A stretch of DNA of 36,611 nt from assembly GCA_964346485.1 (NCBI GenBank), contig CAYFUJ010000044.1:1-36611 (forward strand), written 5' to 3'. This DNA comes from Candidatus Woesearchaeota archaeon (GTDB lineage: Archaea > Nanobdellota > Nanobdellia > Pacearchaeales > GW2011-AR1). The notes under the pieces are model-generated. The model was not told the origin of the DNA, searched no databases, and worked only from the letters and a program-made list of their open reading frames with translations. Of this stretch, positions 15,965 to 25,164 are shown in pieces. The position numbers and the translations under genes are program-made. Positions within the stretch are counted from its first letter, which is position 1; every line of letters starts with the position of its first letter.

Positions 15965-17005
15965 ATGGGATTAAACATTCGGGACATTATTCCAAGAAAA
16001 GAAATAGAAATTTCTAAGCTGAGAGGAAAGATAGTTTGTGTAGATGCGTACAACATGCTCTACCAATTTCTTTCAACAATAAGACAGCCAGACGGAACTC
16101 CATTAATAGATAATAAAAAAAGGGTTACGAGTCATTTGTCAGGAATTTTTTATAGAAATATAAACCTCTTATCAGAAGGAATCTGGCTTGTTTATGTTTT
16201 TGACGGCGAAGCCCCTGAACTCAAGGCAGGAACTTATAAGAAGAGAGAAGCTGGCAGAGAAATTGCTAGAGGAAGATACGAAGAGGCAAAACAGAAAGAA
16301 GATATTGAAGCTATGAGGAGATACAGCAGCCAGCTCATAAGACTTGATGAAAAAATGATTGAGGAAAGCAAGCAGCTTCTTGAAGCAATGGGGATTTCAG
16401 TAATTCAGGCTCCTGGTGAAGGAGAGGCGGAGTCCGCTTATCTAAACAAAATTAAAAATGATGTTTATGCAACCGTAAGTCAGGATTATGACAGCCTTCT
16501 TTTCGGAACTCCTAAGCTTGTCAGAAATCTTGCCTCACCGAGAAAAAGAAAGACTTTTTCAGGATGGGTGGAAACTAAACCAGAATTAATCGAGTTGCAG
16601 AGAGTTTTGAATCTCCTCGAAATAAATCTCGACCAGCTGATATGTCTTGGAATTATGGTGGGAACAGATTATAATCCGAAAGGGATATCTGGTATTGGAC
16701 AGAAAAGAGCACTCGAAATTGTCAAAAAATATAAACAACCTGTTTTGATTTTCAAAAATGTTGAGGAGCAGATAATGAGTCTTTCTGAAGAGGATAGGTT
16801 TGACTGGAAAAAAATTTTTGAGCTTTTTCACAAGCCAAATGTAAAAAATATTGAAATTAAATTTGGAAAAGTAAATGAAGAAAAAATTAAAAAAATACTC
16901 GTAAAAGAGCACGATTTTTCTGAAGACAGAGTTGAAAAGCAACTTAAAAAACTGAGAGAGCTGAAAGAAAAAAAGAAACAGAAGGGATTGAATGAGTGGG
17001 TTTAA
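15965..17005 (+). CDS. fen1: Flap endonuclease 1
   Basis: The XPG-N region is GKIVCVDAYNMLYQFL and VYVFDG. The XPG-I region is QAPGEGEAESAYL and SQDYDSLLFG. The H3TH region is GTDYNP.GI.GIG. The C-terminal PIP box is QKGLNEWV. Confidence 0.9.
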   Translation: MGLNIRDIIPRKEIEISKLRGKIVCVDAYNMLYQFLSTIRQPDGTPLIDNKKRVTSHLSGIFYRNINLLSEGIWLVYVFDGEAPELKAGTYKKREAGREIARGRYEEAKQKEDIEAMRRYSSQLIRLDEKMIEESKQLLEAMGISVIQAPGEGEAESAYLNKIKNDVYATVSQDYDSLLFGTPKLVRNLASPRKRKTFSGWVETKPELIELQRVLNLLEINLDQLICLGIMVGTDYNPKGISGIGQKRALEIVKKYKQPVLIFKNVEEQIMSLSEEDRFDWKKIFELFHKPNVKNIEIKFGKVNEEKIKKILVKEHDFSEDRVEKQLKKLRELKEKKKQKGLNEWV

Positions 17006-17053
17006 ATTAAAGATGATTGTTTAAGGACAAATTTATTTAGTATTATTTTTGAT

Positions 17054-17935
17054 CTAAATATTTCCACTATGTTCTCTTCTAAATCTTCTTATTTCTTTTT
17101 CAAGATCCCTTCTTTGTTGTTTAAGACGAATCCTCTCCTGTTCTAATATCATTACTTGTTCTCGATTTCCTTGCCTATTTGCTACACCTATTCTTGCAGG
17201 AATACTCCTTAATTCCCTATCTATTCTTCTTATTTCATTGATTGTATCATGGGTTTTGCGTCTAATATCTTCTCTTATTTGAGCTTTTTGTTGTTTTTGT
17301 TGTATTGATTTCCTCCTTTTTCTAATTGGACTCCAAGCAGCCTTACCAATTCCTCTTCCAACTTTCCAAGCACCTCTACCAAAAGTTCTCATAACTCTGC
17401 TACTTCTTCGCCATAACAAAAGCCCAATTACTAATAAAACAATACCAATTGCAGTGACAAGGCCTTTTTCATAAAAGATCTCTGTAAATGCTGTCAGTAA
17501 AATAACAAATAAACCAAAGACGATTAAAAATCCGCTAAATCTAATTTTTTTAATAAGGAAAATAGCCAAAATAAGGAAGATTATGGGAACTATTAAATAA
17601 AGAATCTCAGCACTAATTCCAAGACCATAAAATAAATCTCCAATATCAAATCCATATTGATATATTCCGTAAACAATTAACAAGGAAACCGCGAGTGATA
17701 TTGTTCCTGCTACTGCTTTGTTTGGTTCTCCATATCGATCTTTAAAGACCTTGGATAATGCATAAAAAAGAAGAGCAAAGAAAATAAAGAACAATAAACT
17801 CAGACTCATTGTTTCGGGCTCTATGCTATTAAAAAAATCTGTAATTGAAAATCTTCCATAACCTCCAAAAAACTGCGCACTTACAGCTTGGATTAAGAAA
17901 ATAAATAAAGGAAATCCCAACAATCCTCTTTTCAT
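17054..17935 (-). CDS. Multi-pass membrane protein with Arg/Gln-rich coiled-coil C-terminal tail
   Basis: An N-terminal signal-like segment is followed by about 5 TM helices. The C-terminal ~90 aa are highly charged (RKRRKSIQQKQQKAQIREDIRRK...RRDLEKEIRRFRRE). Confidence 0.5.
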   Translation of the reverse strand: MKRGLLGFPLFIFLIQAVSAQFFGGYGRFSITDFFNSIEPETMSLSLLFFIFFALLFYALSKVFKDRYGEPNKAVAGTISLAVSLLIVYGIYQYGFDIGDLFYGLGISAEILYLIVPIIFLILAIFLIKKIRFSGFLIVFGLFVILLTAFTEIFYEKGLVTAIGIVLLVIGLLLWRRSSRVMRTFGRGAWKVGRGIGKAAWSPIRKRRKSIQQKQQKAQIREDIRRKTHDTINEIRRIDRELRSIPARIGVANRQGNREQVMILEQERIRLKQQRRDLEKEIRRFRREHSGNI

Positions 17936-17985
17936 ATTTTTAATAGAAATCTAATATTTATAAAGATTGATATTATTTTATATTT

Positions 17986-18759
17986 ATGAAAACCCCTCGT
18001 GCGTTTGACAGATTTGGAAATATTGTTCTGGTTAAGTTTCCAAAAGATATTAAACTCAAAGACAAGAAAAAGTTTGCTGAAAAATTACTTAAGAAAAACA
18101 AGGCGGTCACAACTGTTCTTGAGAAAACAGGTAAGTTTAAAGGCAGACTTAGGAAACAAGAGACAAAATATCTTGCAGGAGAAAAGACAAAAGAAGCTTT
18201 GTACAAAGAAAATAATTGCGTGTTCAGATTTAATATTGATAAGACATATTTTTCTCCGAGGCTGAGCAATGAAAGAAAAGAGATTTCACAGAAGATCAAA
18301 AAAAGGGATGAGGTTTTAGTAATTTTTGTAGGAGTTGCATCTTATTCTATTTTTATTTTTAAAAATTCCAGAACAAAAAAAGTTTATTCTAACGAGATAA
18401 ATCGTGAAGCTAACAAATACGGAAAATTAAATGTGGAGCTAAACAAGGTCAAGAATAAGGTTATTTTTTTGGATGGTAATATCAAAAAAATTAAACTGAA
18501 AAAGAAATTTGGTGTTATTGTAATGCCTCGTCCTCAGCTTAAAGATAGTTTCCTGGAAGAAGCATTTAAATTCAGCAAAAAAGGCACGAGAATATTTTAT
18601 TATGATTTTTGCAAAGAAAAGGAAACTGATAAGATTGTTGATAAAATAAAATCAGAAGCTAAGAAATATGGGAAGAAAATTAAGATATCGAAAATAAAAA
18701 AAGCTGGCGAAATTGCACCTTATAGATATAGGATTAGGATTGATTTTAAAATCCTATAA
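17986..18759 (+). CDS. Trm5/Taw2-family methyltransferase-like protein (short form lacking D1)
   Basis: The D2-like start is FDRFGNIVLVKFP, followed by LAGEKT, ENNCVFRFNIDKTYFSPRLSNER. The catalytic domain shows VYSNEINREA, FLDGN, VIVMPRP and APYRYRIRIDFKI. The glycine-rich SAM loop is atypical (IFVGVASYS). Confidence 0.6.
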   Translation: MKTPRAFDRFGNIVLVKFPKDIKLKDKKKFAEKLLKKNKAVTTVLEKTGKFKGRLRKQETKYLAGEKTKEALYKENNCVFRFNIDKTYFSPRLSNERKEISQKIKKRDEVLVIFVGVASYSIFIFKNSRTKKVYSNEINREANKYGKLNVELNKVKNKVIFLDGNIKKIKLKKKFGVIVMPRPQLKDSFLEEAFKFSKKGTRIFYYDFCKEKETDKIVDKIKSEAKKYGKKIKISKIKKAGEIAPYRYRIRIDFKIL

Positions 18760-20064
18760 CCTCTTTTCTGCCTTGATTGCAGTAGGAGCTTCGCCTCCGT
18801 GCCATGTGAATCTCGGTCGCATCCGCATTGGATAGATTCTCTCTGAATTGTCATCGAGAATTATTGCAGAGCCTTTCAGCGACGGAAGATCATCCATTTG
18901 TTTTTTGATGCTTTCGAGAACATATGACTGCATGATGTAATTCAGTGCTTCGACATCTGGCTTTGATGTAACTCTATGTGCTATGATAATGTCTGACTGA
19001 GTCATGACATCGTGATGAATCTGGCCTGGTTGCTGTGTTGCAAGCACAAGAGAAATTCCTGGCTGTCTTCCTTCCCGAAGAAGTTGGATAAGTGCATCTG
19101 TTGCAACTGTTTTTCCTTTTAATGGCAAAAATTCATGACCCTCATCAATAAAAATCCATACGAGAGGATGCTCTTTTCTTTCTATTCCTGACAAAAAGTC
19201 AAGCCCTTTTGAGACAGCATCAATTTCTTCTTTTTTCCTTGCATCCATTCTCTGGTTAAAAATTTTTCTTGACAGCAGACTGATTGCAAGAGCCCTTATG
19301 TTAAATGCGCCGACAGCATTGTAAACACTCAAATCAAGGACTGTTGTTGTTCCTCCAGAAATCAAATCCCTGACCTGTGTCGCTTCCTCGCCTTTTTTTG
19401 CAAAGATCCCCCATGTGTTTGCAGCCTCAAAAAGCCCTGTTGCAGCATTTCTTATTTCCATGGAAGTTCTTTCTTCTCTTTGCAAATTTTCAATTATCTC
19501 GTCAATGTCAAATTCCCCCTTTTCTTTGAGTCTTGTAAGGGTTCTCTGAATCAAGACAGATACAGGATTAATAATATCAAGCCCGAAAGTCAGAATCCAG
19601 TCTTCAGGATTCATCTCATTCACATCCAGCGCGAATTTTTCATCTGCAGGAATTCCTTTTTCAAGATAAGCATTATAATGGCCAAAAGGGACAAAAACTT
19701 TTACAGGAAGATTTTTTGCATTCAGTTCCCATTCAGAAAGAAGTTGCCTGTCTTTTTCATTCTTGAATTTCATCGTCCAGTAAATTCCCATTGTATCAAA
19801 AATCAGGGAACCGATATTCTGACTTACTTCTTTCGGAAGATTTGAAAGCTCTTCTGCAATAACTCCGAGACTATATGATTTCCCAGAGCCTCTTTTTCCA
19901 GCAACAAGAACAACGTGACTTCTCGCAATATCCATAAGCATTCTATTGCTCAGAGAAGTATACTGACCCATTTTTACATATCCCTTGCCCACAAAAATAA
20001 GTCCTTTGTCAGCAAAGGCTTTTTTATCAGCAGCATCTCTTCCTACTATTATATCATAAGCCAT
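18754..20064 (-). CDS. HerA/FtsK-superfamily (DUF87-type) P-loop ATPase
   Basis: Walker A is VLVAGKRGSGKSYSLG and Walker B is VWIFIDEGHEFLP. The HerA-like downstream block is LREGRQPGISLVLATQQPGQIHHDVMTQSDIIIAHRVTS. The protein is 436 aa and has no long HAS-barrel N-domain. Confidence 0.7.
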   Translation of the reverse strand: MAYDIIVGRDAADKKAFADKGLIFVGKGYVKMGQYTSLSNRMLMDIARSHVVLVAGKRGSGKSYSLGVIAEELSNLPKEVSQNIGSLIFDTMGIYWTMKFKNEKDRQLLSEWELNAKNLPVKVFVPFGHYNAYLEKGIPADEKFALDVNEMNPEDWILTFGLDIINPVSVLIQRTLTRLKEKGEFDIDEIIENLQREERTSMEIRNAATGLFEAANTWGIFAKKGEEATQVRDLISGGTTTVLDLSVYNAVGAFNIRALAISLLSRKIFNQRMDARKKEEIDAVSKGLDFLSGIERKEHPLVWIFIDEGHEFLPLKGKTVATDALIQLLREGRQPGISLVLATQQPGQIHHDVMTQSDIIIAHRVTSKPDVEALNYIMQSYVLESIKKQMDDLPSLKGSAIILDDNSERIYPMRMRPRFTWHGGEAPTAIKAEKRL

Positions 20065-20088
20065 GTTAAAAAAAAGAGACAGAGATTT

Positions 20089-21270
20089 TTAATTGTTTTT
20101 GTTCAAATATTCAATCTCGTCTTCTGTGAGTTTGAGTTCTTTCTGGACTTCTGGTTTCATAAGCACTTTTTTTACTATGGCAAATTCTTTCAAAGCGCGT
20201 TTTAATCCAACATGAACATACTGAGAATATTTTTTTGAAATTGATTTTTTCTTTTCTATTCTCTTATTGTTAAGCCACATTTTCAGGATTCTCGTAGGTT
20301 TTTTATAGCTTGTAAAGCCGGTTTTTTCCTTTGTTTTTGAGCTTGCTATTCCATAACTCAAAAGAGCATTCTCATAAACCAAAAATCTCCAATATTGCTG
20401 CCGGTAAATCCTTCTTTTGAAGATATCAACTTTGCTCAGTGCATCATAGGCTTTTGCAAGCTCTTCTCCTGAGTATTCTGCAGGAATATTTTCCTCAATC
20501 CAGAGCATTATTTCATCTATCGGTTTGTTTATAGAATCAAAAATTCTTAAATGCGTATTTGTCGGCTTTCCCTTGAACACCATTCTTAAAGCAGAGAATA
20601 TGTCCATTTCCTTGTTTCTTTCGTCAATTAAAATTTGTGATGGATCAGGAAGGCTTGCCGCCATCTGCAAATCATTTATCGCAGCTCTCAAATCTCCACG
20701 GGCTTTTATAGCAATATTTGTCAGGACATCATTTTCGATAAATTTTCTCTCTCTTCTCAAAATCTGAATCATCAGGTCCTTAGTGGTTTTGTAATCTATC
20801 TCCTTTAGCTGGACTAATTCTGCTTTTTTTCTCAGTTCGCTGAATTTTTTATTCCAGATGTCATTTGCAGTCATTATCATTGGATGAGACGAGGATTCAA
20901 TCAGCCTTACTAATTCTGAAAGTCCGCCTCTATCAGCTCCTGAAATTCCATCAACTTCATCAACAAGAATAATCTTTCCTTTTTTTGTAAGGGGTTGCTG
21001 CTCTGTTGCAGGCCTAAGAATTTCCCTGAGCTTTTCACGGTCTCTCAAATCCGAGGCATTCAGTTCAAAAATTTCTGACTTTGTTTCATTTGCAATTACA
21101 TAAGCCAAGGCTGTTTTTCCTGTTCCTGCAGGACCGTAAAGAATCACAGCTTTTTCCCCTCCTTTCCTGAACTTTCTAAGAAATTCCCTTACCTTTTCAA
21201 CTGCTGATTCCTGTCCCCTTATATCTATGAAATATATTGGCCGATATTTTTCTGTCCAGTTTGTTGTCAT
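20089..21270 (-). CDS. rfcL: Replication factor C, large subunit
   Basis: Recognised motifs are WTEKYRP, Walker A GPAGTGKTA and Walker B ILVDEVDGIS. The protein is 393 aa with an RFC-type lid and collar. Confidence 0.85.
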   Translation of the reverse strand: MTTNWTEKYRPIYFIDIRGQESAVEKVREFLRKFRKGGEKAVILYGPAGTGKTALAYVIANETKSEIFELNASDLRDREKLREILRPATEQQPLTKKGKIILVDEVDGISGADRGGLSELVRLIESSSHPMIMTANDIWNKKFSELRKKAELVQLKEIDYKTTKDLMIQILRRERKFIENDVLTNIAIKARGDLRAAINDLQMAASLPDPSQILIDERNKEMDIFSALRMVFKGKPTNTHLRIFDSINKPIDEIMLWIEENIPAEYSGEELAKAYDALSKVDIFKRRIYRQQYWRFLVYENALLSYGIASSKTKEKTGFTSYKKPTRILKMWLNNKRIEKKKSISKKYSQYVHVGLKRALKEFAIVKKVLMKPEVQKELKLTEDEIEYLNKNN

Positions 21271-21282
21271 TTTACCTTCTTT

Positions 21283-21510
21283 TTATTCTATATCTATTTT
21301 TAATTTTTCTATTAATTTTGATAATCTTTCTTTTGCTTCTTTATTATTCGGATTATATAATAAATCTCTAGCAGTATTTCTCAATTTGCAAAAGTCAAAA
21401 TGTTTCTGACTTTCCAAATAAAGCTCAAAAGTCCCGTATGGGGTTTCCCTCTGTTTAGGAGTTGGTATTTCTGCTAATTTTTCTAGATAATCTCTGTCGA
21501 AATCCATCAT
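21283..21510 (-). CDS. Hypothetical 75-aa protein between rfcS and rfcL
   Basis: Its ATG overlaps the rfcS stop (ATGA). It ends 12 nt before the rfcL ATG. The sequence is charged and likely helical. Confidence 0.45.
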   Translation of the reverse strand: MMDFDRDYLEKLAEIPTPKQRETPYGTFELYLESQKHFDFCKLRNTARDLLYNPNNKEAKERLSKLIEKLKIDIE

Positions 21511-22469
21511 ACCTTCCCCAAGCCAGCCAAAACAAACGAAGCCAGCAAAGACTGGAGTTGAATGAAAGGATCGCTTCCTTCTACAATCCGAAATTCTGCC
21601 TCGCCTGTTTTTTCTGTAAGCTTGACTTTTAAATCTGGCTCGACAGGAAGATTCCAGATTTCTTTCTGAATTGCTTTAATTACATCCTGTCCTGCAATAC
21701 TCTCTTTTAACATGACATCGAGAAGTTTTTCCCTTGATTTCTGAAAATCTCCTGAAAGAGCATAATCCAGGACAACACGAATGTCCTTTGGCTTTGCACT
21801 TGAAATGACTGTTGAGACCAGTTCTGTCGTTATTGCAGGAGATATCGAGGCTGTTGATTGTAAAAGATTTGTAGCACGCCTGCAGTCTCCCTCACTTCCC
21901 TCATAGAGAAGTTCCATTGCCTCTGGAATTATAGACAATTTTTCACTCTGTTCTATTCTTCTGAGATATTTTTCTATTTCTTTTTTTTCCAGAAGCTTAA
22001 ACCTGAAAATTGCGCATCTGGACTGAATTGGGTCAATGATTTTGCTCGAATAATTGCAAGAGAGAATAAATCTGCAGGTTGCAGAATAATTTTCCATAGT
22101 TCTTCTCAGGGCTTGTTGAGCTTCTGGTGTTAGGGCATCTGCCTCATCTAGAAAAATAATTTTAAACGGGACATTTCCCAGAGATTTTGTCCTTGCAAAA
22201 TTCTTTACCTTTTCCCTTATGACATTAATTCCTCTCTCATCGCTCGCATTGAGTTCGAGATAATTTTCTCTCCAGTTTTTTTCAAAAAGTTCTTTTACAA
22301 TTATCAGGGCAAGACTGGATTTTCCTGTTCCTGCAGGTCCTGCAAACAGAAGATGAGGAATGTTCAGGGAATTTGTAAGCGACTGGACTTTTTTTATAAC
22401 ATCATCCTGTCCTACCATTTCTGAAAATATCACTGGTCTATACTTTTCTGTCCAGATTTCGCTTACCAT
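21507..22469 (-). CDS. rfcS: Replication factor C, small subunit
   Basis: Recognised motifs are WTEKYRP, GPAGTGKSS, IIFLDEADALT and the SRC motif IQSRCAIFRF. The protein is 320 aa and has no intein. Confidence 0.9.
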   Translation of the reverse strand: MVSEIWTEKYRPVIFSEMVGQDDVIKKVQSLTNSLNIPHLLFAGPAGTGKSSLALIIVKELFEKNWRENYLELNASDERGINVIREKVKNFARTKSLGNVPFKIIFLDEADALTPEAQQALRRTMENYSATCRFILSCNYSSKIIDPIQSRCAIFRFKLLEKKEIEKYLRRIEQSEKLSIIPEAMELLYEGSEGDCRRATNLLQSTASISPAITTELVSTVISSAKPKDIRVVLDYALSGDFQKSREKLLDVMLKESIAGQDVIKAIQKEIWNLPVEPDLKVKLTEKTGEAEFRIVEGSDPFIQLQSLLASFVLAGLGKV

Positions 22470-22486
22470 GTTTTCTTTTATAAGAG

Positions 22487-22627
22487 TTAATTAATAAAGA
22501 TTGTTGTGATGTTTTTGGCTTTTTTAGAAATTATTTGCTTCTTTCTCTTCGGAGCTTTCTCTTGCGCTTTTCTTTTCTCAGGCGTTTTCTCTGCCATTTC
22601 CATCTCATCTGCCTTTTTTTCTTCCAT
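22487..22627 (-). CDS. Possible small charged ORF (46 aa; MEEKKADEMEMAEKTPEKRKAQEKAPKRKKQ...)
   Basis: I translated this by hand from a 196-nt gap; it falls below the track's length cut-off. An overlapping alternative frame (MKRSSKRWKKK...) also exists, so coding status is uncertain. Confidence 0.2.
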   Translation of the reverse strand: MEEKKADEMEMAEKTPEKRKAQEKAPKRKKQIISKKAKNITTIFIN

Positions 22628-22665
22628 CTTTTTGATGAACGTTTCATGGTAAAGATTAGAAAAAT

Positions 22666-23994
22666 CTATTTAAAAAACTTCTGACCCAACCATAAAAATA
22701 TTAAAGCTACTGGGAGAGAAATTACAGAGGTTTCAGGTCCAATATATCCTGCCCCGAATACAATTATTACAGCGACAAGACCTGAAATCAGACTCAGATT
22801 AATTGCCTTTGATTTTAATTTCCAGTAAAATGATGCTACTAATGCTGGCGCAAAAGCAAGACCCACACTTGAGAATGCTAATCCTATTTTAACAACGTCT
22901 TGTATGAAGATAGCAATAATCATTGCAAATAATCCAAAAATTAAAGCGCCGAATCTTGTATATTTAACAATATCTATTTTTTTATTGATATTTCTGAACC
23001 AGAAATCTTTTGAAAAATTTGTCGCAAGCACAAATAATAAGGTGTCTGTAGTAGACATTATAACTGCAAATAGGAGTATAAATCCTAACCCTTGTATCCA
23101 AGGAGGAAGAAGTTCTGCAAATCCTACAAATACAGCATCTTCAGACTTAATGTTTGGGAATTGGGCTTTTGTTGCCAATCCAACAGTTCCAATAGCTAAG
23201 AATGCGATAAGCATGACTATTGCAGCTAAAGTAAATCCAATTACAATGGTTCTTATATTTTTTGCAGCATAAACTCTTTGCCAGATATCTGCTCCGACTA
23301 ACATTACTCCTGCGCCAATAATTACAAAAGCAATAGCTGTTCCAAGATTTAATCCTTCTCCAAGAAAAGCCTCTTTTGTGATAAATCCTCCTTGGAGAAT
23401 ACTTATTGCAACAAATAAAGCAAGAATGAAGAGAAGTATGAATTGAAAAACATCTGTTTTAACAACTGCTTTAAATCCCCCCATTATTAGATAGATAAAG
23501 ACAACACCCCCCATTATTAGAACAGATAGTCCATATGAAATTTCTGTTAAAGTAGAGATTAATTTTCCTCCCGCAATAAATTGTATAAGGAGTATCATCA
23601 AAAACCAAAAAATAGTGATTATAGTTATTATTTGGCCTGTTTTTTTACCATATCCTTCATAAAAATAATCGGGCAAGGTATGAAATTTTTTCATATCACT
23701 CTTTTTTTTCATTTTTTTAGATAGAATAATTATCAGAAAAATTCCAACAACAAATCCTAAAACTCCTGCTAAAATTGATATTCCATATTTATAAAAGAAA
23801 GAAGTGTAGGTTATTATTGCATTTCCTCCAATTAAAGTTGCTGCAACAGTAAAACTTAAAGCAATTATTCCCAGTTTTCTATTACTTATCATAAAGCCCT
23901 CTTTTGTTTCTTTTCTGGAAGCAAACCAACCAATTGCAAGAACAATTAGAAAATAAATTAGAATTAATATTAGATTAAAAGAACTTAATGCCAT
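22666..23994 (-). CDS. Sodium:solute symporter family (SSF)-like transporter
   Basis: The 442-aa protein has about 12-13 TM helices with SSF-like spacing and glycine-rich helices. Substrate is unknown. Confidence 0.7.
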   Translation of the reverse strand: MALSSFNLILILIYFLIVLAIGWFASRKETKEGFMISNRKLGIIALSFTVAATLIGGNAIITYTSFFYKYGISILAGVLGFVVGIFLIIILSKKMKKKSDMKKFHTLPDYFYEGYGKKTGQIITIITIFWFLMILLIQFIAGGKLISTLTEISYGLSVLIMGGVVFIYLIMGGFKAVVKTDVFQFILLFILALFVAISILQGGFITKEAFLGEGLNLGTAIAFVIIGAGVMLVGADIWQRVYAAKNIRTIVIGFTLAAIVMLIAFLAIGTVGLATKAQFPNIKSEDAVFVGFAELLPPWIQGLGFILLFAVIMSTTDTLLFVLATNFSKDFWFRNINKKIDIVKYTRFGALIFGLFAMIIAIFIQDVVKIGLAFSSVGLAFAPALVASFYWKLKSKAINLSLISGLVAVIIVFGAGYIGPETSVISLPVALIFLWLGQKFFK

Positions 23995-24024
23995 TAATAA
24001 TAAAAGAGAATTTTATTTAATAAG

Positions 24025-24681
24025 CTATCGACTTCTTTTGACTCCAATTTTTGGGCAGAGATTTCTCATAGGACACTGGCTGCATTTTGGAGAAATCGGC
24101 TGGCAGATTGTCTTTCCAAACACGACAAAAATAGCATTGAATTCTGGCCAGTATTTTTTTGGAAGAATTTTTTCAAGTTCTTTTTCTGTCTGCTCTGGTG
24201 TTTTTGTCTTGAGCCAGCCAAGACGATTTGGAATCCTGTGGCAATGAGTATCTATCGGAAGAACAGATTGTCCAAATGCAAATGCAAGAACAATATTTGC
24301 TGTTTTTGGACCAATTCCTTTTATCTTTAGTAGCTCCTCTTTTTTGTTCGGAACTTTTCCATTATATTTTTCAATCAGGATTTTTGAGACGTACTTCAGA
24401 GTTTTGGCTTTCTTCTTGTAATGACCTGATGAATAAATCAGTTTTTCGAGTTTTTTGTCTGGAAGTTGCAGGATTTTTTCCGGGATGTCTGCAACAGCGA
24501 AAAGTGCTCTTGAAGCTTTTTCTGTATTTTTATCTTGTGTCCTCAAGGATAAAAGGCATGAAACCAGAGTCTTAAATGCGTCTGGCTTTCTTCTCATGCG
24601 ATTAAGGGTAGTTCTTTCTTTATATTGAAAATATCTCTCAAGATTCTGCATGACTTTATTGATTTTTTCGCTCTTTTTCAT
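24025..24681 (-). CDS. nth: Endonuclease III (HhH-GPD DNA glycosylase with 4Fe-4S cluster)
   Basis: The HhH element is LLKIKGIGPKTANIVLAFAF, followed by PIDTHCHRI. The Fe-S cluster motif is CQPISPKCSQCPMRNLC. I trimmed the start to ATG 24681 because the longer track ORF runs into tRNA-Glu. Confidence 0.85.
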   Translation of the reverse strand: MKKSEKINKVMQNLERYFQYKERTTLNRMRRKPDAFKTLVSCLLSLRTQDKNTEKASRALFAVADIPEKILQLPDKKLEKLIYSSGHYKKKAKTLKYVSKILIEKYNGKVPNKKEELLKIKGIGPKTANIVLAFAFGQSVLPIDTHCHRIPNRLGWLKTKTPEQTEKELEKILPKKYWPEFNAIFVVFGKTICQPISPKCSQCPMRNLCPKIGVKRSR

Positions 24682-24690
24682 TTTTAGAAA

Positions 24691-24763
24691 TGCCCCTGCC
24701 GAGATTCGAACTCGGGTCACGGCCGTGAGAGGGCCGCATTCTTGGCCTCTGAACTACAGGGGC
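24691..24763 (-). tRNA. tRNA-Glu (anticodon CUC)
   Basis: The reverse complement GCCCCTGTAGTTCAGAGGCCAAGAATGCGGCCCTCTCACGGCCGTGACCCGAGTTCGAATCTCGGCAGGGGCA folds as a 73-nt cloverleaf. The anticodon stem is CGGCC/GGCCG with loop CTCTCAC, and the T loop is TTCGAAT. Confidence 0.9.
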
Positions 24764-24863
24764 TTTTGAGAACCTTTACTCTTTTTCAATAAAAACTATA
24801 TTTAAAAGAATTATGCCTACCCCTACCGCGACAATAAAAATTCCTTTTTAATTTAAAACCTTT

Positions 24864-25127
24864 TTATTTTACAAGAAAAACTCTATCGTTAGGTCTCACT
24901 TTTTCAGGGACTTTTATTCCTATATGATCTCCTTTCTTCGCTGTTTTCACGTCTTTCCTCTCAATCTGCATACTTGTTACAGGCACTTCAAAGTCAGTCG
25001 TGTGTCCTTTTATGTGAACTTTGTCCCCTATTTTCAGTCCAGCTGAAAGTTTTATGGCAGCCACTCCTACATGACTGAAGTAACTGGAGACCCTTCCGAT
25101 TTCTTTTGGTTCTTTCTTTTCCGCCAT
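24864..25127 (-). CDS. Stand-alone EF-Tu domain-2-like beta-barrel protein (87 aa)
   Basis: The pattern IGRVSSYFSHVGVAAIKLSAGLKIGDKVHIKG...VTSMQIERKDVKTAKKGDHIGIKV...RPNDRVFLV matches the GTP_EFTU_D2 barrel consensus as I recall it. Confidence 0.6.
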   Translation of the reverse strand: MAEKKEPKEIGRVSSYFSHVGVAAIKLSAGLKIGDKVHIKGHTTDFEVPVTSMQIERKDVKTAKKGDHIGIKVPEKVRPNDRVFLVK

Positions 25128-25164
25128 TATTTTCTTAGGAATCCTCTATATTTAAATTTAGTGA

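Noticed and set aside
22470-22665. The 196-nt spacer upstream of rfcS, considered as an ncRNA because it is slightly GC-richer and purine/pyrimidine-skewed.
   Set aside because: I saw no convincing stem-loops. The skew is explained by K/R/E-rich short ORFs on the minus strand. I listed one as a low-confidence CDS instead.
24682-24720. N-terminal extension of the endonuclease III ORF (track start at 24720, MTRVRISAGAFLK...).
   Set aside because: The extension is the reverse-complement reading of the tRNA-Glu T-arm and acceptor sequence. An internal ATG at 24681 gives a normal-length Nth protein that starts just past the tRNA.
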